Assembly (NCBI GenBank): GCA_963662585.1
Contig: OY759729.1
Location: forward strand, 1,152,001 to 1,216,000
DNA: 64,000 nucleotides
DNA from: Candidatus Cloacimonadales bacterium
GTDB lineage: Bacteria; Cloacimonadota; Cloacimonadia; Cloacimonadales; JAFGVF01
Reading direction: 5' to 3'
Shown: positions 10,445 to 20,778 of the stretch, piece by piece
How the letters are laid out: each line of letters opens with the position of its first letter
Numbering within the stretch: the first letter of the stretch is position 1
The notes under the pieces: generated by a model
Seen by the model: the letters and a program-made list of their open reading frames with translations, nothing else
Told to the model about the DNA's origin: nothing
Databases searched by the model: none
Translations under genes and position numbers: made by a program

Positions 10445-12130
10445 TTACATTTCTTCTAAAGTCTCAATTCCCAATAAATTTAGAACAATACTAATAGTAT
10501 TTCTAAAAGAAGCTACTAAGGCAATGCGTTGACCTGAAAATTCACTCTTGAGAACAGGGCATTCATGGAAGAAGTGATTAAAAAGCTGACACAAGTCATA
10601 GGCATAGTTAGCCATGCAAGATGGTAAAAGTTTATCAATAGCATCTTGGTGAATCTGAGGGAATTGAGCTATTTTCTTGATTAATCTCATTTCACTTTGA
10701 TTAGCATCCCAAGGTTCAGTAATTAGCTCTTCTTGGGCTTTCCTTAAGATAGATGAAGCTCTAGCATAACTATAAAGTAGGTATGGGCCAGTATCTCCTT
10801 CAAAACGAATAGCTTCTTTAGGATTAAATACCATATTCTTGCCTGTTTCTGTCTTTAAAAGCTGATATTTAATGGCTGCAAGTGAAATAATTAAAGATCT
10901 TCTTTCTACTTCTGCTTTATCCATAGCCTCATAACGCTTAATAATCTCTTCTCCTGCTAATTGAGCAGTATTTAGGATAAGTTCATCAGCATCAACAACA
11001 GTCCCTTCTCGGGACTTCATTTTACCTTCAGGGAGCTCTACCATTCCATAAGATAGATGTTGAATTCCATCTGCATAAGAAGCGCCACACATTTGCAGAA
11101 TCTTCTTAAGAACAGTAAAGTGATACTCTTGTTCATTACCAACCACATAAATAGATTTATCATAACTAAAATCTAAATTCTTAAGATAAGCTAAGTAAAT
11201 ATCCTGAACAATATAAACAGAAGTTCCGTTAGACCTGAGAAGAACTTTCTCACCTAAGCCATACTCTTCCAAGTCAGCAATCACTGCACCGTCTTCTCTT
11301 TTCTGAAAAATATTTCTTTCTAATCCATCAAGAATAATCTCTTTGCCATTGCGGAAAATCTTACTTTCATAATACTCTTTATCAAAGTTGGTTCCGAATA
11401 GTTTAAAAGTCTCAGCAAAACCATTAAAGGCCCAGCTGTTCATTTTCGTCCAAAGATCGACAATTTCCTCATCCCCTGCTTCCCACTTTTCTAACATCTG
11501 CAAAGCTTGATTATCGTAAGTTGGGTCTAGCTTTGCTTGTTGGGCAAACTTCACATAATAATCCCCTACAAAGTGATCAGATTTAATATTACTTGTTTCA
11601 GGACTTTCATTCTGACCAAAATCACGATAAGAGAGCATTGACTTACAGATATGCACTCCCCTATCATTGTAGATACAAGTTTTATTAACATCCTGTCCAC
11701 CATACTTAAGAATACGGGAGATACTCTCGCCTATTGCCATATTTCTTAAATGCCCTAAATGAAGCGGCTTATTAGTATTAGGTGAGCAATATTCAACGAT
11801 AGTACTAATCTTATTAGAACCTTTGCCATAGTCCTTATTGAGAGAATTTAGCAACACTTGAGTAATAATCCATCTTCTCTCTAAAAAGAAGTTTAAATAA
11901 CCAGAAACAGCTTCTACTTTTGAGAATTCCTCTTTGCCTTGAAATCTTGATACTAAATCTTCAGCTATGAGTTTAGGACTCTTTCTAAGTTTCTTAGCGA
12001 GAGAAAAACAAGGAAGAGCGAAATCTCCCAGCTCATCATTAGGAGGAGTTTCTAGAGATTTCTTTAGTTCTACTAGTTCAAAATACTCTGATAATTCTGT
12101 ATATAATATTTGGATAATTTTATTTTTCAT
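10445..12130 (-). CDS. argS: Arginine--tRNA ligase
   Basis: SPNTNKPLHLGHLRN (HIGH), KMKSREG, FEGDTGPYLLYSYAR; start moved to ATG at 12130 (MKNKII, GAGG RBS). Confidence 0.97.
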   Translation of the reverse strand: MKNKIIQILYTELSEYFELVELKKSLETPPNDELGDFALPCFSLAKKLRKSPKLIAEDLVSRFQGKEEFSKVEAVSGYLNFFLERRWIITQVLLNSLNKDYGKGSNKISTIVEYCSPNTNKPLHLGHLRNMAIGESISRILKYGGQDVNKTCIYNDRGVHICKSMLSYRDFGQNESPETSNIKSDHFVGDYYVKFAQQAKLDPTYDNQALQMLEKWEAGDEEIVDLWTKMNSWAFNGFAETFKLFGTNFDKEYYESKIFRNGKEIILDGLERNIFQKREDGAVIADLEEYGLGEKVLLRSNGTSVYIVQDIYLAYLKNLDFSYDKSIYVVGNEQEYHFTVLKKILQMCGASYADGIQHLSYGMVELPEGKMKSREGTVVDADELILNTAQLAGEEIIKRYEAMDKAEVERRSLIISLAAIKYQLLKTETGKNMVFNPKEAIRFEGDTGPYLLYSYARASSILRKAQEELITEPWDANQSEMRLIKKIAQFPQIHQDAIDKLLPSCMANYAYDLCQLFNHFFHECPVLKSEFSGQRIALVASFRNTISIVLNLLGIETLEEM

Positions 12131-12200
12131 TGAGACCTCTTTAATAAATCTAAATGTCAATTTTTACAAAGCTCAAATTTTAGCAATAATTTTCTTAAAT

Positions 12201-12237
12201 AAAAAAAACCGTAGTCAATATTCCAAAGACTACGGTT
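12201..12237 (-). terminator. Intrinsic terminator of the gld-like operon
   Basis: AACCGTAGTC...GACTACGGTT stem with a long U-tract on the minus strand. Confidence 0.8.
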
Positions 12238-12255
12238 AATATTTAATCTTTATTA

Positions 12256-13182
12256 TTACTTGTCAGTCATCAATTTATCTAGTTCGAAATTGAAATCATC
12301 TACAATGTTCTTCTGAACAATATAAAGTGGTGATTTCTGACTTCCTAACTGAACTAAAACGCTGGTATTGTTATATGGGATAACAGTTAAGAACTTTTCA
12401 CCATCATCAGAAGTGTTGATTTTTATCGACAATTCAGGTGTATTCATAAGTTCTTCATAGTTTTCATACTCTTTATCAAGAAAGTCTGTAGCTCTTAAAG
12501 ATTTGAATCTAGTAAGCAACTTTTTCATCACAGGATTTTCATCTTCAACTTGATGAACAAAATCATTTTCTTTAAACATCCAAAGAGAATCTGCATAAGT
12601 GAACTTATAATTTCTTTCTTTCATAGCTACTTCAAAATCAAGAATATTATCAGTATCAAGTTTTAGAATAACATTCTCTCTCCAACTTTTAACATCTGGT
12701 TTAACTGACCAAGATAGATTTTCTGAAAGTTGGTAAATCTCACTAGCTTGTGGATGGCGTGCATAAGAGAAGTTATAATTATCAGATTTTCCAATCAGAG
12801 TTTTTCTAAGTTCATTTCCCTGAGCATCAAGAATTGTTACTAGAGTTCCTAAAGTGTCAGTAACATTATAGGTTTCTTGCATTTTGTCTGATACTGAGAT
12901 AGGTAATGATGAAGTTTTAGCAGTAGTTAACTTCTTAATTAAATCATCAATCTTGCTTTCCTTAATAGGAGATTCAACTGGATCAGTCATTTCCCATTTA
13001 TCACTATTCTTTACTAAAGTTATAGAGCCACTAGAATCAGCAAATACAATAGTATTGAAATTATCACTATTCTCACCAAAGTAGAAAAAGGCTTTTTCTT
13101 TAGGTTCATTTCTAGTAATCATTAAATAGACAGCAACAGTAAGCAATAATATAATTAAGGTAGTAATATTCTTCTTATTCAT
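12256..13182 (-). CDS. DUF4340-like membrane-anchored protein
   Basis: N-terminal TM from the likely start MNKKNITT (13182, GGAG RBS); WEMTDPVE and SWREN motifs; typical position after GldG. Confidence 0.7.
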   Translation of the reverse strand: MNKKNITTLIILLLTVAVYLMITRNEPKEKAFFYFGENSDNFNTIVFADSSGSITLVKNSDKWEMTDPVESPIKESKIDDLIKKLTTAKTSSLPISVSDKMQETYNVTDTLGTLVTILDAQGNELRKTLIGKSDNYNFSYARHPQASEIYQLSENLSWSVKPDVKSWRENVILKLDTDNILDFEVAMKERNYKFTYADSLWMFKENDFVHQVEDENPVMKKLLTRFKSLRATDFLDKEYENYEELMNTPELSIKINTSDDGEKFLTVIPYNNTSVLVQLGSQKSPLYIVQKNIVDDFNFELDKLMTDK

Positions 13183-14746
13183 AAATTCTCTCCAACATCT
13201 TCTTTTTATTATTATAGAGTCTAAAAGAGAATAGACCATAAATAATGAGCAATAGGGAAGGAAGCAAGATATTCATCCATTTAATAAGTTTTTTCTTTTG
13301 ATTAGAAATATCTGTTTTAAGTGGTTTATACTCTGTTCCCCGAGAACGAAGCTGAATCAAAGAAGCATCGCCCACGATTGTATCTAAGGTATTTAGAACA
13401 AATTCCATATTAGTTTTATTAGCTGCCCCAGCATCATCAAGTAGAATATCGCTATCAGCAAGATAGATAATTTGGGTCGGTGCTGACTCATTAACATTAT
13501 CAGGGAAATTAGGGTCATTTGCAAATCCACTCTGGAAAGTTCCTGAATAAATACCTGCAAGAGTAGCAGGTTCTTCCTTAAGCATCTGAGTTAAATCTTG
13601 ATTCATATAGCTATTTACACCAATATCAAAACGAGGAGCATTTACCCTTTTTGTATTCTCTGAAGTGTACATCAAAGGAGTAAAAGTGATTCCTTCTGGA
13701 ACATTGTTACTGTCTAATTCAGAAGCAAATACTAAGCTCATCACTTCAATGTTACCAACTAAATCAGCGTCACTATTAAATTTACTTATAATAGGGATAA
13801 AAGGATACTTCACAGGAGTTTGCATAGTGAACATTCCTTGTCTTCTGCTAAGATTAACCTGTCCACAGTTAGCATCACCAACTAAGTTGGATTTAATATT
13901 CACACCATAAGAGCTTAATAGATCAAACAAGTTAGAAGAAATTGCTTCAGCTTGTTGGGTTTGAATACTTGCCCTTACTCTATCTTGGAAAAAGGCAACA
14001 GAACCGCCTTTCATAATGAATTGGTCAAGATTATAAAGCTGATCAACAGTAAGTGAATCCTTTATACCTGTAACAATTAAGCCATCAACATCATCAGCTA
14101 GAGGAGTAAATAGGTCAGTGTTTTCTACTGCATAACTCTCAGAAACAATTGAGTTAAAGGTAGCATAATTATCTTTCTGCCTACCAAATATATCTTGGGT
14201 TACTTCTTCAGGCTTAAATACAGCAATCTTCTTCTGCTTTTCAGAGATTAATTTCTTTATTGCTAAGGTAATATCATACTCTAAACCTTGAGTCTTTTGC
14301 ACTAAAGGTATTGTCTCAGATTTACCTTGATAAAGAAAAGCTAAGCCCATATAGACTTCCCTAATTTCCATTTTATCATTTTCATTAATCTGCATTTGAA
14401 CAGGATTAATCATATTCTTCTGAGCTTCTTTTTTAAGTTCCTCTTCAGTTCCTGGATCTAAGAATTCAAACTTGAGTTGGCCTTTAGAATAGGCTGCATA
14501 CTCAGCTAAAAGGTCCTTGGTGTAACGACGAGCATCGGCATATTCTGGAGGGAGATTTTCTGAGAAATAAGCCTTGACCACCAATCTGTCATTAAGATTT
14601 TCAATAGTCTCTTTAGAAGTATCTGAGAGAGAATACATTTTATTCTTAGAAAGGTCAAAACGATGAAATAGAGAAACAGAAATTAAATTAATAATAACTA
14701 TGATTACCGTAACAATTACAATATTTATCCATAATGATTTTTTCAT
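13175..14746 (-). CDS. GldG-family ABC transporter auxiliary protein
   Basis: RFDLSKNKMYSLSDTSK, LDQFIMKGG, N- and C-terminal TMs. Confidence 0.85.
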   Translation of the reverse strand: MKKSLWINIVIVTVIIVIINLISVSLFHRFDLSKNKMYSLSDTSKETIENLNDRLVVKAYFSENLPPEYADARRYTKDLLAEYAAYSKGQLKFEFLDPGTEEELKKEAQKNMINPVQMQINENDKMEIREVYMGLAFLYQGKSETIPLVQKTQGLEYDITLAIKKLISEKQKKIAVFKPEEVTQDIFGRQKDNYATFNSIVSESYAVENTDLFTPLADDVDGLIVTGIKDSLTVDQLYNLDQFIMKGGSVAFFQDRVRASIQTQQAEAISSNLFDLLSSYGVNIKSNLVGDANCGQVNLSRRQGMFTMQTPVKYPFIPIISKFNSDADLVGNIEVMSLVFASELDSNNVPEGITFTPLMYTSENTKRVNAPRFDIGVNSYMNQDLTQMLKEEPATLAGIYSGTFQSGFANDPNFPDNVNESAPTQIIYLADSDILLDDAGAANKTNMEFVLNTLDTIVGDASLIQLRSRGTEYKPLKTDISNQKKKLIKWMNILLPSLLLIIYGLFSFRLYNNKKKMLERIYE

Positions 14747-14758
14747 TTTATTCCTCCC

Positions 14759-15469
14759 CTATCTCTTTTTTAAATCTAAAGTTGTGCCAGCTAAATAAAG
14801 GAATACAAAAGTTAATGAACCAAAATAAATCACATTCCGAGTATCAATAACACCTTTGGCAATATTAGAAAAATGATAGTTTATACTTAAATATTGAAAT
14901 ATTCCTGATATAGAAGGAGGAATAAAGAACAAAGCATAATCTAATATAAAAAAGAAAAAGATAATCACAAAGCTTATTATAAAAGCAATAATTTGATTCT
15001 TGGTAAGACAAGAAGCAAATAATCCAATTGCTGAATATGCTGAGGCTAAAAGAATTAAACCTAGATAACCTGTGAACATAGCTCCTACATCCACATTAGT
15101 ACCAATCAACATTATAGTAATTGGATGAATTAAGGATAACAATAAGCCAGTAACGATTAAGCCCAAGCCAGCTATAAATTTACCTACTACGATTTGAGAA
15201 GACTTCACCGGTAAAGTAGATAATAGCTCAATAGTTCCGCTATTATTCTCCTTAGATACTAAACCCATAGTTATTGCAGGGATAAAGATTAAGAAGATTA
15301 TCGGAATAATACTAAAGAGAGTTCTTAGATCTGATTGATTTAGTAAAAACAAAGGATTAGCAAAGAACCAACCGGTGATAAGAAGAAAACCAACTAAGAC
15401 CATGTAAGCTGCTGGGCTTTTAAAGAATGATGTGAACTCTTTAAGAGCAATAGTTTTGATATAATGCAT
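14759..15469 (-). CDS. GldF-like ABC-2 permease
   Basis: KEFTSFFKSPAAY, GTIELLSTLP, GKF, TKNQIIAF, KGVIDTRNVIYF. Confidence 0.88.
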   Translation of the reverse strand: MHYIKTIALKEFTSFFKSPAAYMVLVGFLLITGWFFANPLFLLNQSDLRTLFSIIPIIFLIFIPAITMGLVSKENNSGTIELLSTLPVKSSQIVVGKFIAGLGLIVTGLLLSLIHPITIMLIGTNVDVGAMFTGYLGLILLASAYSAIGLFASCLTKNQIIAFIISFVIIFFFFILDYALFFIPPSISGIFQYLSINYHFSNIAKGVIDTRNVIYFGSLTFVFLYLAGTTLDLKKR

Positions 15470-16410
15470 TATCTATTACCTCCTTCTAAAGTTAGTGATC
15501 TAAATACTTCTTCTAAACTAATATAATCTCTGTGGAATTCTAAAAGAGTCCAATCTTGTTGTTTTATATAGTTATAGATATCTTTTCTCACATCATTTGT
15601 TGGTGTATATTCAAAAACTGCTTCATTAAAATTATCTAAAATAGGTTTAAAGCTAACTAATTTAGCACTTGGAATTATTCCATTAATTTGGGTTAATTCT
15701 TCTTTAGTAGCATCTACTTGAAGAATCAAACGAGCTCGATTAGAATAATCTTCTGTAAGTTCTGCTTGAGAACCATCAGCTACAATCTTACCCCGATTAA
15801 TAATCACAATTCTATCACAGAGTGCTTGAACTTCTTGTAAGATATGACTTGAGAGAATAACAGTCTTCTCTTTTCCTAAATCTTTAATTAGCTCTCTAAT
15901 TTCCACAATTTGATTAGGGTCAAGTCCTGAAGTAGGTTCATCAAGAATTAATATTTTAGGATTATGAATAATTGCTTGAGCCAAGCCAACTCTCTGCTTA
16001 TATCCTTTTGAAAGAGTATGAATAGGTTTTGCCACAACCTCTTTAAGTCCACATTTAGCAATAGTTTTCTTAAAGGCAGAATCAAATTCCTTACCTTTAA
16101 TACCTCTCATGTTTGCCACATACTTAAGATAATCAAAAACAGTCATCTCAAGATATAGTGGATTTGTTTCAGGTAGATAACCAATCATAGCTCTAATCTC
16201 TTCAGAGTTTTCAGCAACATTAAAGTTTTCTACAGAAATATTACCTGATGAAGGGTTTAGATAGCAGGTAATCATCTTTAAAGTTGTAGATTTCCCAGCT
16301 CCATTCGGACCTAAGAAACCAAGAATTTCGCCTTCGTTTATTTCGAAGTTAATGGAATCCACTGCGCGCACTGTTCCATAATCTTTAACAAGATTTTCCA
16401 GCCGAATCAT
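15469..16410 (-). CDS. GldA-like ABC ATP-binding protein
   Basis: GPNGAGKST, LSKGYKQRVGLAQA, ILDEPTSGLDPNQ. Confidence 0.92.
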   Translation of the reverse strand: MIRLENLVKDYGTVRAVDSINFEINEGEILGFLGPNGAGKSTTLKMITCYLNPSSGNISVENFNVAENSEEIRAMIGYLPETNPLYLEMTVFDYLKYVANMRGIKGKEFDSAFKKTIAKCGLKEVVAKPIHTLSKGYKQRVGLAQAIIHNPKILILDEPTSGLDPNQIVEIRELIKDLGKEKTVILSSHILQEVQALCDRIVIINRGKIVADGSQAELTEDYSNRARLILQVDATKEELTQINGIIPSAKLVSFKPILDNFNEAVFEYTPTNDVRKDIYNYIKQQDWTLLEFHRDYISLEEVFRSLTLEGGNR

Positions 16411-16494
16411 TGTTTCCTCTCCTTTATTGTTTTTTTGTAATGTTATATCAATATTAACGAATATGATTACACTTCGTTACATAAAATTTTTCTG

Positions 16495-17673
16495 TCAAAT
16501 ACTTTTCTTCTTGCTTTTCATTGTAAGAACTACTGGTATCATACCAAAAGCTAAGTAACCACCAATTCTAAATGTAGTTACTAAATCTAATTTATCTCCT
16601 AAAAAACCTACTGCAAAAGAAGCTATTGATCCTATAGCAAAGTTAATAGTCATATAAACACCATTAACAAAAGATTGTCTATTAGTGTCTTTATCATGAA
16701 CATAGGCCAAGATGATTGGATGTGAGAAAAACATAAAAAAGCCTAAGAGAGAAAGAAGTACAAGAGCTAAAGTCCCACTAGTATAGGTATATAACACCAT
16801 TAGAATAGGAGATAGAACTGCCATAATCAAAAGAGCATTTTTTCTTCCAATATAATCAGATACAGTTCCAGCAGTAAAAGTACCAACAGCTCCAGCAAAC
16901 TGCATAATAGAGAGAGCCATAGTTGAGACAAAAATAGTAGAACCAGTAGACTTCATATAGGTTGGTAAGAAGGTTACTAAAGCTTGTTTCATTACTCCTT
17001 GAAAGAAGAATATCCCAGCAACAGTAACAAAGATTGGTAGCATATATCTCATAACTTCTTTATGCGAATCATTATTTAAATAAGTTGATTTTACTGCATG
17101 GGACTCTTTTTCTACTTTATTAATTTTGAGCAGAATTAAGAATGAGAGGCAGAGACCAATAGGGATTAATCGCCACACACCTTCTAAGGTCCAGTAGGAA
17201 ATAGCTGCGGTAATAACTAAAGGACCAATAGAACGGGCTAATTCTCCCCCTAACATATAGAAAGACATACCAAGCCCTTTTTTTTCTCCAGCTACTTTCT
17301 TCACAAGAACAGGAGACGGAACATGAATTAAAGTAGAGCCAAAACCAGCTATCAACAATAAGATAAAAAGAGTAAGATAGTTATTAGCCACCCCCATAAG
17401 TGTCATTGAAGTAACGGCTATTGCTGGGGCAGCAGCTACAAAGTACTTAAGTTTATATCTATCGGTCAATGACCCAATAAGAGGGTTAAGTAAATTTGGA
17501 AGTCTTAGAGCTATTGGTAAAGTACCTGCTAACATCAGAGAGAAACCAATTTTATCTTGTAAAAGTGGAAGCAATACTGGGAAAAAACCAGTAAAACTAT
17601 CGTGAAGCATATGAGCAATCGATATTGTTAAGATGTTACCTAATTGAAAGTTACTTTGTTTCTTTTTCATCAT
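16495..17673 (-). CDS. MFS transporter (Fsr-like)
   Basis: ~12 TMs; AHMLHD, GSLTDRY, SDYIGRK motifs. Confidence 0.85.
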   Translation of the reverse strand: MMKKKQSNFQLGNILTISIAHMLHDSFTGFFPVLLPLLQDKIGFSLMLAGTLPIALRLPNLLNPLIGSLTDRYKLKYFVAAAPAIAVTSMTLMGVANNYLTLFILLLIAGFGSTLIHVPSPVLVKKVAGEKKGLGMSFYMLGGELARSIGPLVITAAISYWTLEGVWRLIPIGLCLSFLILLKINKVEKESHAVKSTYLNNDSHKEVMRYMLPIFVTVAGIFFFQGVMKQALVTFLPTYMKSTGSTIFVSTMALSIMQFAGAVGTFTAGTVSDYIGRKNALLIMAVLSPILMVLYTYTSGTLALVLLSLLGFFMFFSHPIILAYVHDKDTNRQSFVNGVYMTINFAIGSIASFAVGFLGDKLDLVTTFRIGGYLAFGMIPVVLTMKSKKKSI

Positions 17674-18013
17674 TCCTCATTTCATCTAAGACAGCAAAAG
17701 CTCTTCTCATGTGGGGAATAACAATAGATCCACCGACCAGTAAGCCTATGCTAAGAGCTTCTTCTATTTCTGCATCAGAATAACCTAAATCGAAACAGTT
17801 CTTAAGGTGATAGTTGACACAATCATCACAGCGTAAAACTAAAGATGCAACAAGACCTAACAACTCTTTTGTATTTTTTGGTAAAACACCTTCACGATAC
17901 ATTTGATTGTCTAAAGAAAGAAATCTCTTAGTGTTAAGGGAAGTATAATTAGACATTATATCATTAAGTCTTTCCCTTTCTGCAGAGAATTTATTGATAG
18001 TAGTTTCTTTCAT
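17651..18013 (-). CDS. Carboxymuconolactone decarboxylase/AhpD-family protein
   Basis: LPKNTKELLGLVASLVLRCDDCVNYH (CxxC). Confidence 0.88.
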   Translation of the reverse strand: MKETTINKFSAERERLNDIMSNYTSLNTKRFLSLDNQMYREGVLPKNTKELLGLVASLVLRCDDCVNYHLKNCFDLGYSDAEIEEALSIGLLVGGSIVIPHMRRAFAVLDEMRNDEKETK

Positions 18014-18077
18014 AAATACCTCGTATAATTTTATTTTAAACCAAGATATTTAATCAGGAAAATTTGTCTTGTTTTTT

Positions 18078-20597
18078 TTACGGATTGCAGAGACGAACTA
18101 TTTTATTATAGAGTTCATTTTTGTTAATTGGCTTAGCAACAAACTCATTACAGCCTGCAGCAATATACTTATCTCTCTCTTCTGACATGGCATAAGCTGT
18201 TAAAGCTATAACCGGAAGTTCTTTAAATTTGTCACTTTGTCTGACATTATGAAGAGTTTCCATACCATCCATAACTGGCATTTGCATATCTAATAGGAAT
18301 ATATCATAATCTTTTATTTCTAACATATCTAAGGCTATTTTCCCATTATCAGCAATATCACAGGTGTTATTTACTTTCTTTAAAATTGATTTAATCAGCT
18401 TTTGATTAATAGCATTATCTTCAGCAACTAAAATTTTTATATTCCCTAAATCAGTAATAGTGCTGGTGTCTAGATCCATTTTATCTTTCAAGGGAGCTGA
18501 ACCTTTCCCTTCAGGAAGTGGGATAGTTACTTCAAAGGTAGAACCACGATTAAGTTTTGATTCAACTATTATTTCACCTTCCATTACATCAACGATTCTT
18601 TTAACAATAGAAAGTCCTAAACCTGTGCCATAAGTTACTTTTTTCTCATCCGACCTAATCTGTTCAAAAGCATTAAAGATAGAATCTATTTTTTGTTTTC
18701 TAATCCCAATTCCAGTATCTTTTACTAAGAAAGTTGCCTTACCATCACGATATTTTAACTCTAGAGTAATCTCTCCTCTCTCAGTATAATTGACAGCATT
18801 AGAGAGTAAATTTATCAGAATCTGCTTAAGCTGAATCTCATCACCTACTACCCTATCTGGAATAATTAAGGATTTAACTACATTGAATTCCAATGCTTTG
18901 TTGCTAGCACTAATAGAGATTATTCTATGAACCTCATCAACAACATTTTTTAAAGAAAATTCTACTTTAGCAAGTTTTATATTTCCTGATTCAATCTTAG
19001 AAAGTTCAAGAATATTATTAATAATATCCAAAAGATGATTTCCTGATTGGACAATAGTTCTAAGTTTTTCTCTCTTATCAAGATCTCTTTCAATATCATA
19101 TATTAACTGAGAAAAACCATTAATTGCGTTTAGAGGTGTTCTAATTTCATGACTCATGTGTGATAGGAAAGTAGATTTTGCTCTATTAGCTTCTTCAGCA
19201 TCCTCTTTCGCCTTTTTCAAGTCTTCTTCAAAAGATTTCATATCTGAAACATCTATTAAATATTCTAGATAACCTACATAATTTTGATTAGCATCAAAAA
19301 GTAAGCGTGTATGGTCTTTAACCCAAATTTCTGAGCCATCCTTCTTAATTATTTTATAAGGAGAATGAGAGTAAAATTCTTGCTTTTTTTCATAAAACAC
19401 ATCAGCTTCCATCATTAGTTTAGGAAGCATGTCCTCACTAATTAAGGAATTAATATCAATATTCATCTTGATAAATTCATCTTTAGTATAACCGGTAAAG
19501 TGTTTTACATTTTCAGATATCCATTCAATTTTTTTATTCTCTTCACGATTAATGCACTTCATAACCATAACTGGTCCGTTTTCAAAGAGGTTTCTCTCAA
19601 CTATCAAATTACCAAGATGTTCTTCTTTTTCTGTAATATCACTAAAACCAACTAAAATCAGATTGCTATCAATCTTGGAGAAGTGTAAATTAAAGATATC
19701 ATAGTTATCTTTGATGTTGAATTCTATCTTTTCTATATGAAGACTAGTCTCATTATTCTTTAGAAATTCCTGTTTTTTCTCTAAAATTGTTTTCACAAGT
19801 TCAGGATTGTTTGAGAAAGAATAAAGTAAAGAGCTGAAAGAATAATCAGAGATACTTTCTTTTTTAAATTGTAGATAGACATATTGATTAAAGTAGATAA
19901 TATTATCATTTTCTAGGATTAAGATAGGAAAAGGGATTTTATCTATTGTATTGTGAAAGCCAATATTATTATCGGCAATGTTCTTTTGCGCGAGATAGTT
20001 CTCTGTAAAATCACTAAATATGGTGCTTAACAACCTATGATTAAAAGGTTCGTTTGAGACAATGGTAGTTATACGAAAATGGAAAAACCTATTATTCAAA
20101 TTTCCATGCACAAAATAATCACCTCTTTGGCCAGTCTTTTTACTCAGTTCAGATTGCTCAACAATCTTCTTTATATCATCATCATTAATTGTAAGTTCTT
20201 TTGCTATATCAGAAATAGATAAGTTATCATTATCTTTCATGAAAGAATCTAAGCTTGGAGATAAAGAATTATTTTTTAGAATTGTAACATCATTTTCATC
20301 TTTAGTAATAATAATAGCAGGGACTAGTCCGATTATATCTCTAATTATTGAAGTTAAAATACCTTTATTAATCGAAGAGTACATAAAACTGTTTTTTAAA
20401 ATTGTTTTTCTATCAAATCCCAGTTTTTCATAACCACTTAAATCTACCAGCAGATGTACTTGCTCTTCATTAAGAATATAAGAGCCCTTAAGCTCATCTT
20501 TATTAGTGATATTTAATAATTCTGAGTATTCTTTAATGGTATTTATGTCCAATTCTAATTTATCACATAACTCTTTACAAGTAAATTCTTTTTTCAT
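18078..20597 (-). CDS. Cytoplasmic hybrid histidine kinase (MerR-like HTH - PAS - HisKA - HATPase - REC)
   Basis: FLSHMSHEIRTPLN, NLLSNAVNYT, GTGLGL, VAEDN/LLDMQMP; PAS/PAC (KKDGSEIWV); no TM segments seen. Confidence 0.92.
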   Translation of the reverse strand: MKKEFTCKELCDKLELDINTIKEYSELLNITNKDELKGSYILNEEQVHLLVDLSGYEKLGFDRKTILKNSFMYSSINKGILTSIIRDIIGLVPAIIITKDENDVTILKNNSLSPSLDSFMKDNDNLSISDIAKELTINDDDIKKIVEQSELSKKTGQRGDYFVHGNLNNRFFHFRITTIVSNEPFNHRLLSTIFSDFTENYLAQKNIADNNIGFHNTIDKIPFPILILENDNIIYFNQYVYLQFKKESISDYSFSSLLYSFSNNPELVKTILEKKQEFLKNNETSLHIEKIEFNIKDNYDIFNLHFSKIDSNLILVGFSDITEKEEHLGNLIVERNLFENGPVMVMKCINREENKKIEWISENVKHFTGYTKDEFIKMNIDINSLISEDMLPKLMMEADVFYEKKQEFYSHSPYKIIKKDGSEIWVKDHTRLLFDANQNYVGYLEYLIDVSDMKSFEEDLKKAKEDAEEANRAKSTFLSHMSHEIRTPLNAINGFSQLIYDIERDLDKREKLRTIVQSGNHLLDIINNILELSKIESGNIKLAKVEFSLKNVVDEVHRIISISASNKALEFNVVKSLIIPDRVVGDEIQLKQILINLLSNAVNYTERGEITLELKYRDGKATFLVKDTGIGIRKQKIDSIFNAFEQIRSDEKKVTYGTGLGLSIVKRIVDVMEGEIIVESKLNRGSTFEVTIPLPEGKGSAPLKDKMDLDTSTITDLGNIKILVAEDNAINQKLIKSILKKVNNTCDIADNGKIALDMLEIKDYDIFLLDMQMPVMDGMETLHNVRQSDKFKELPVIALTAYAMSEERDKYIAAGCNEFVAKPINKNELYNKIVRLCNP

Positions 20598-20778
20598 AGA
20601 TTAGTCCATTTGGTAAGATTTTTACTCATATCAAGGTTTATAGTTTACTTGTCAAGAAAACATTTGTAGAATCTTTAAATTTTACTATTTATGCTAAAAG
20701 CAATCTATAAATAATGAACAAATGTGAATCATCAATAATACTTATTTAATGAACTATTTTAAGGTCATCTTTAATAAC

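Noticed and set aside
12131..12160. N-terminal extension of argS in the ORF track
   Set aside because: The upstream TTG is part of a TTGACA -35-like box; the RBS-supported start is 12130. Extensions at 13239, 44818, 45030, 52234 and 56811 were trimmed on RBS grounds.
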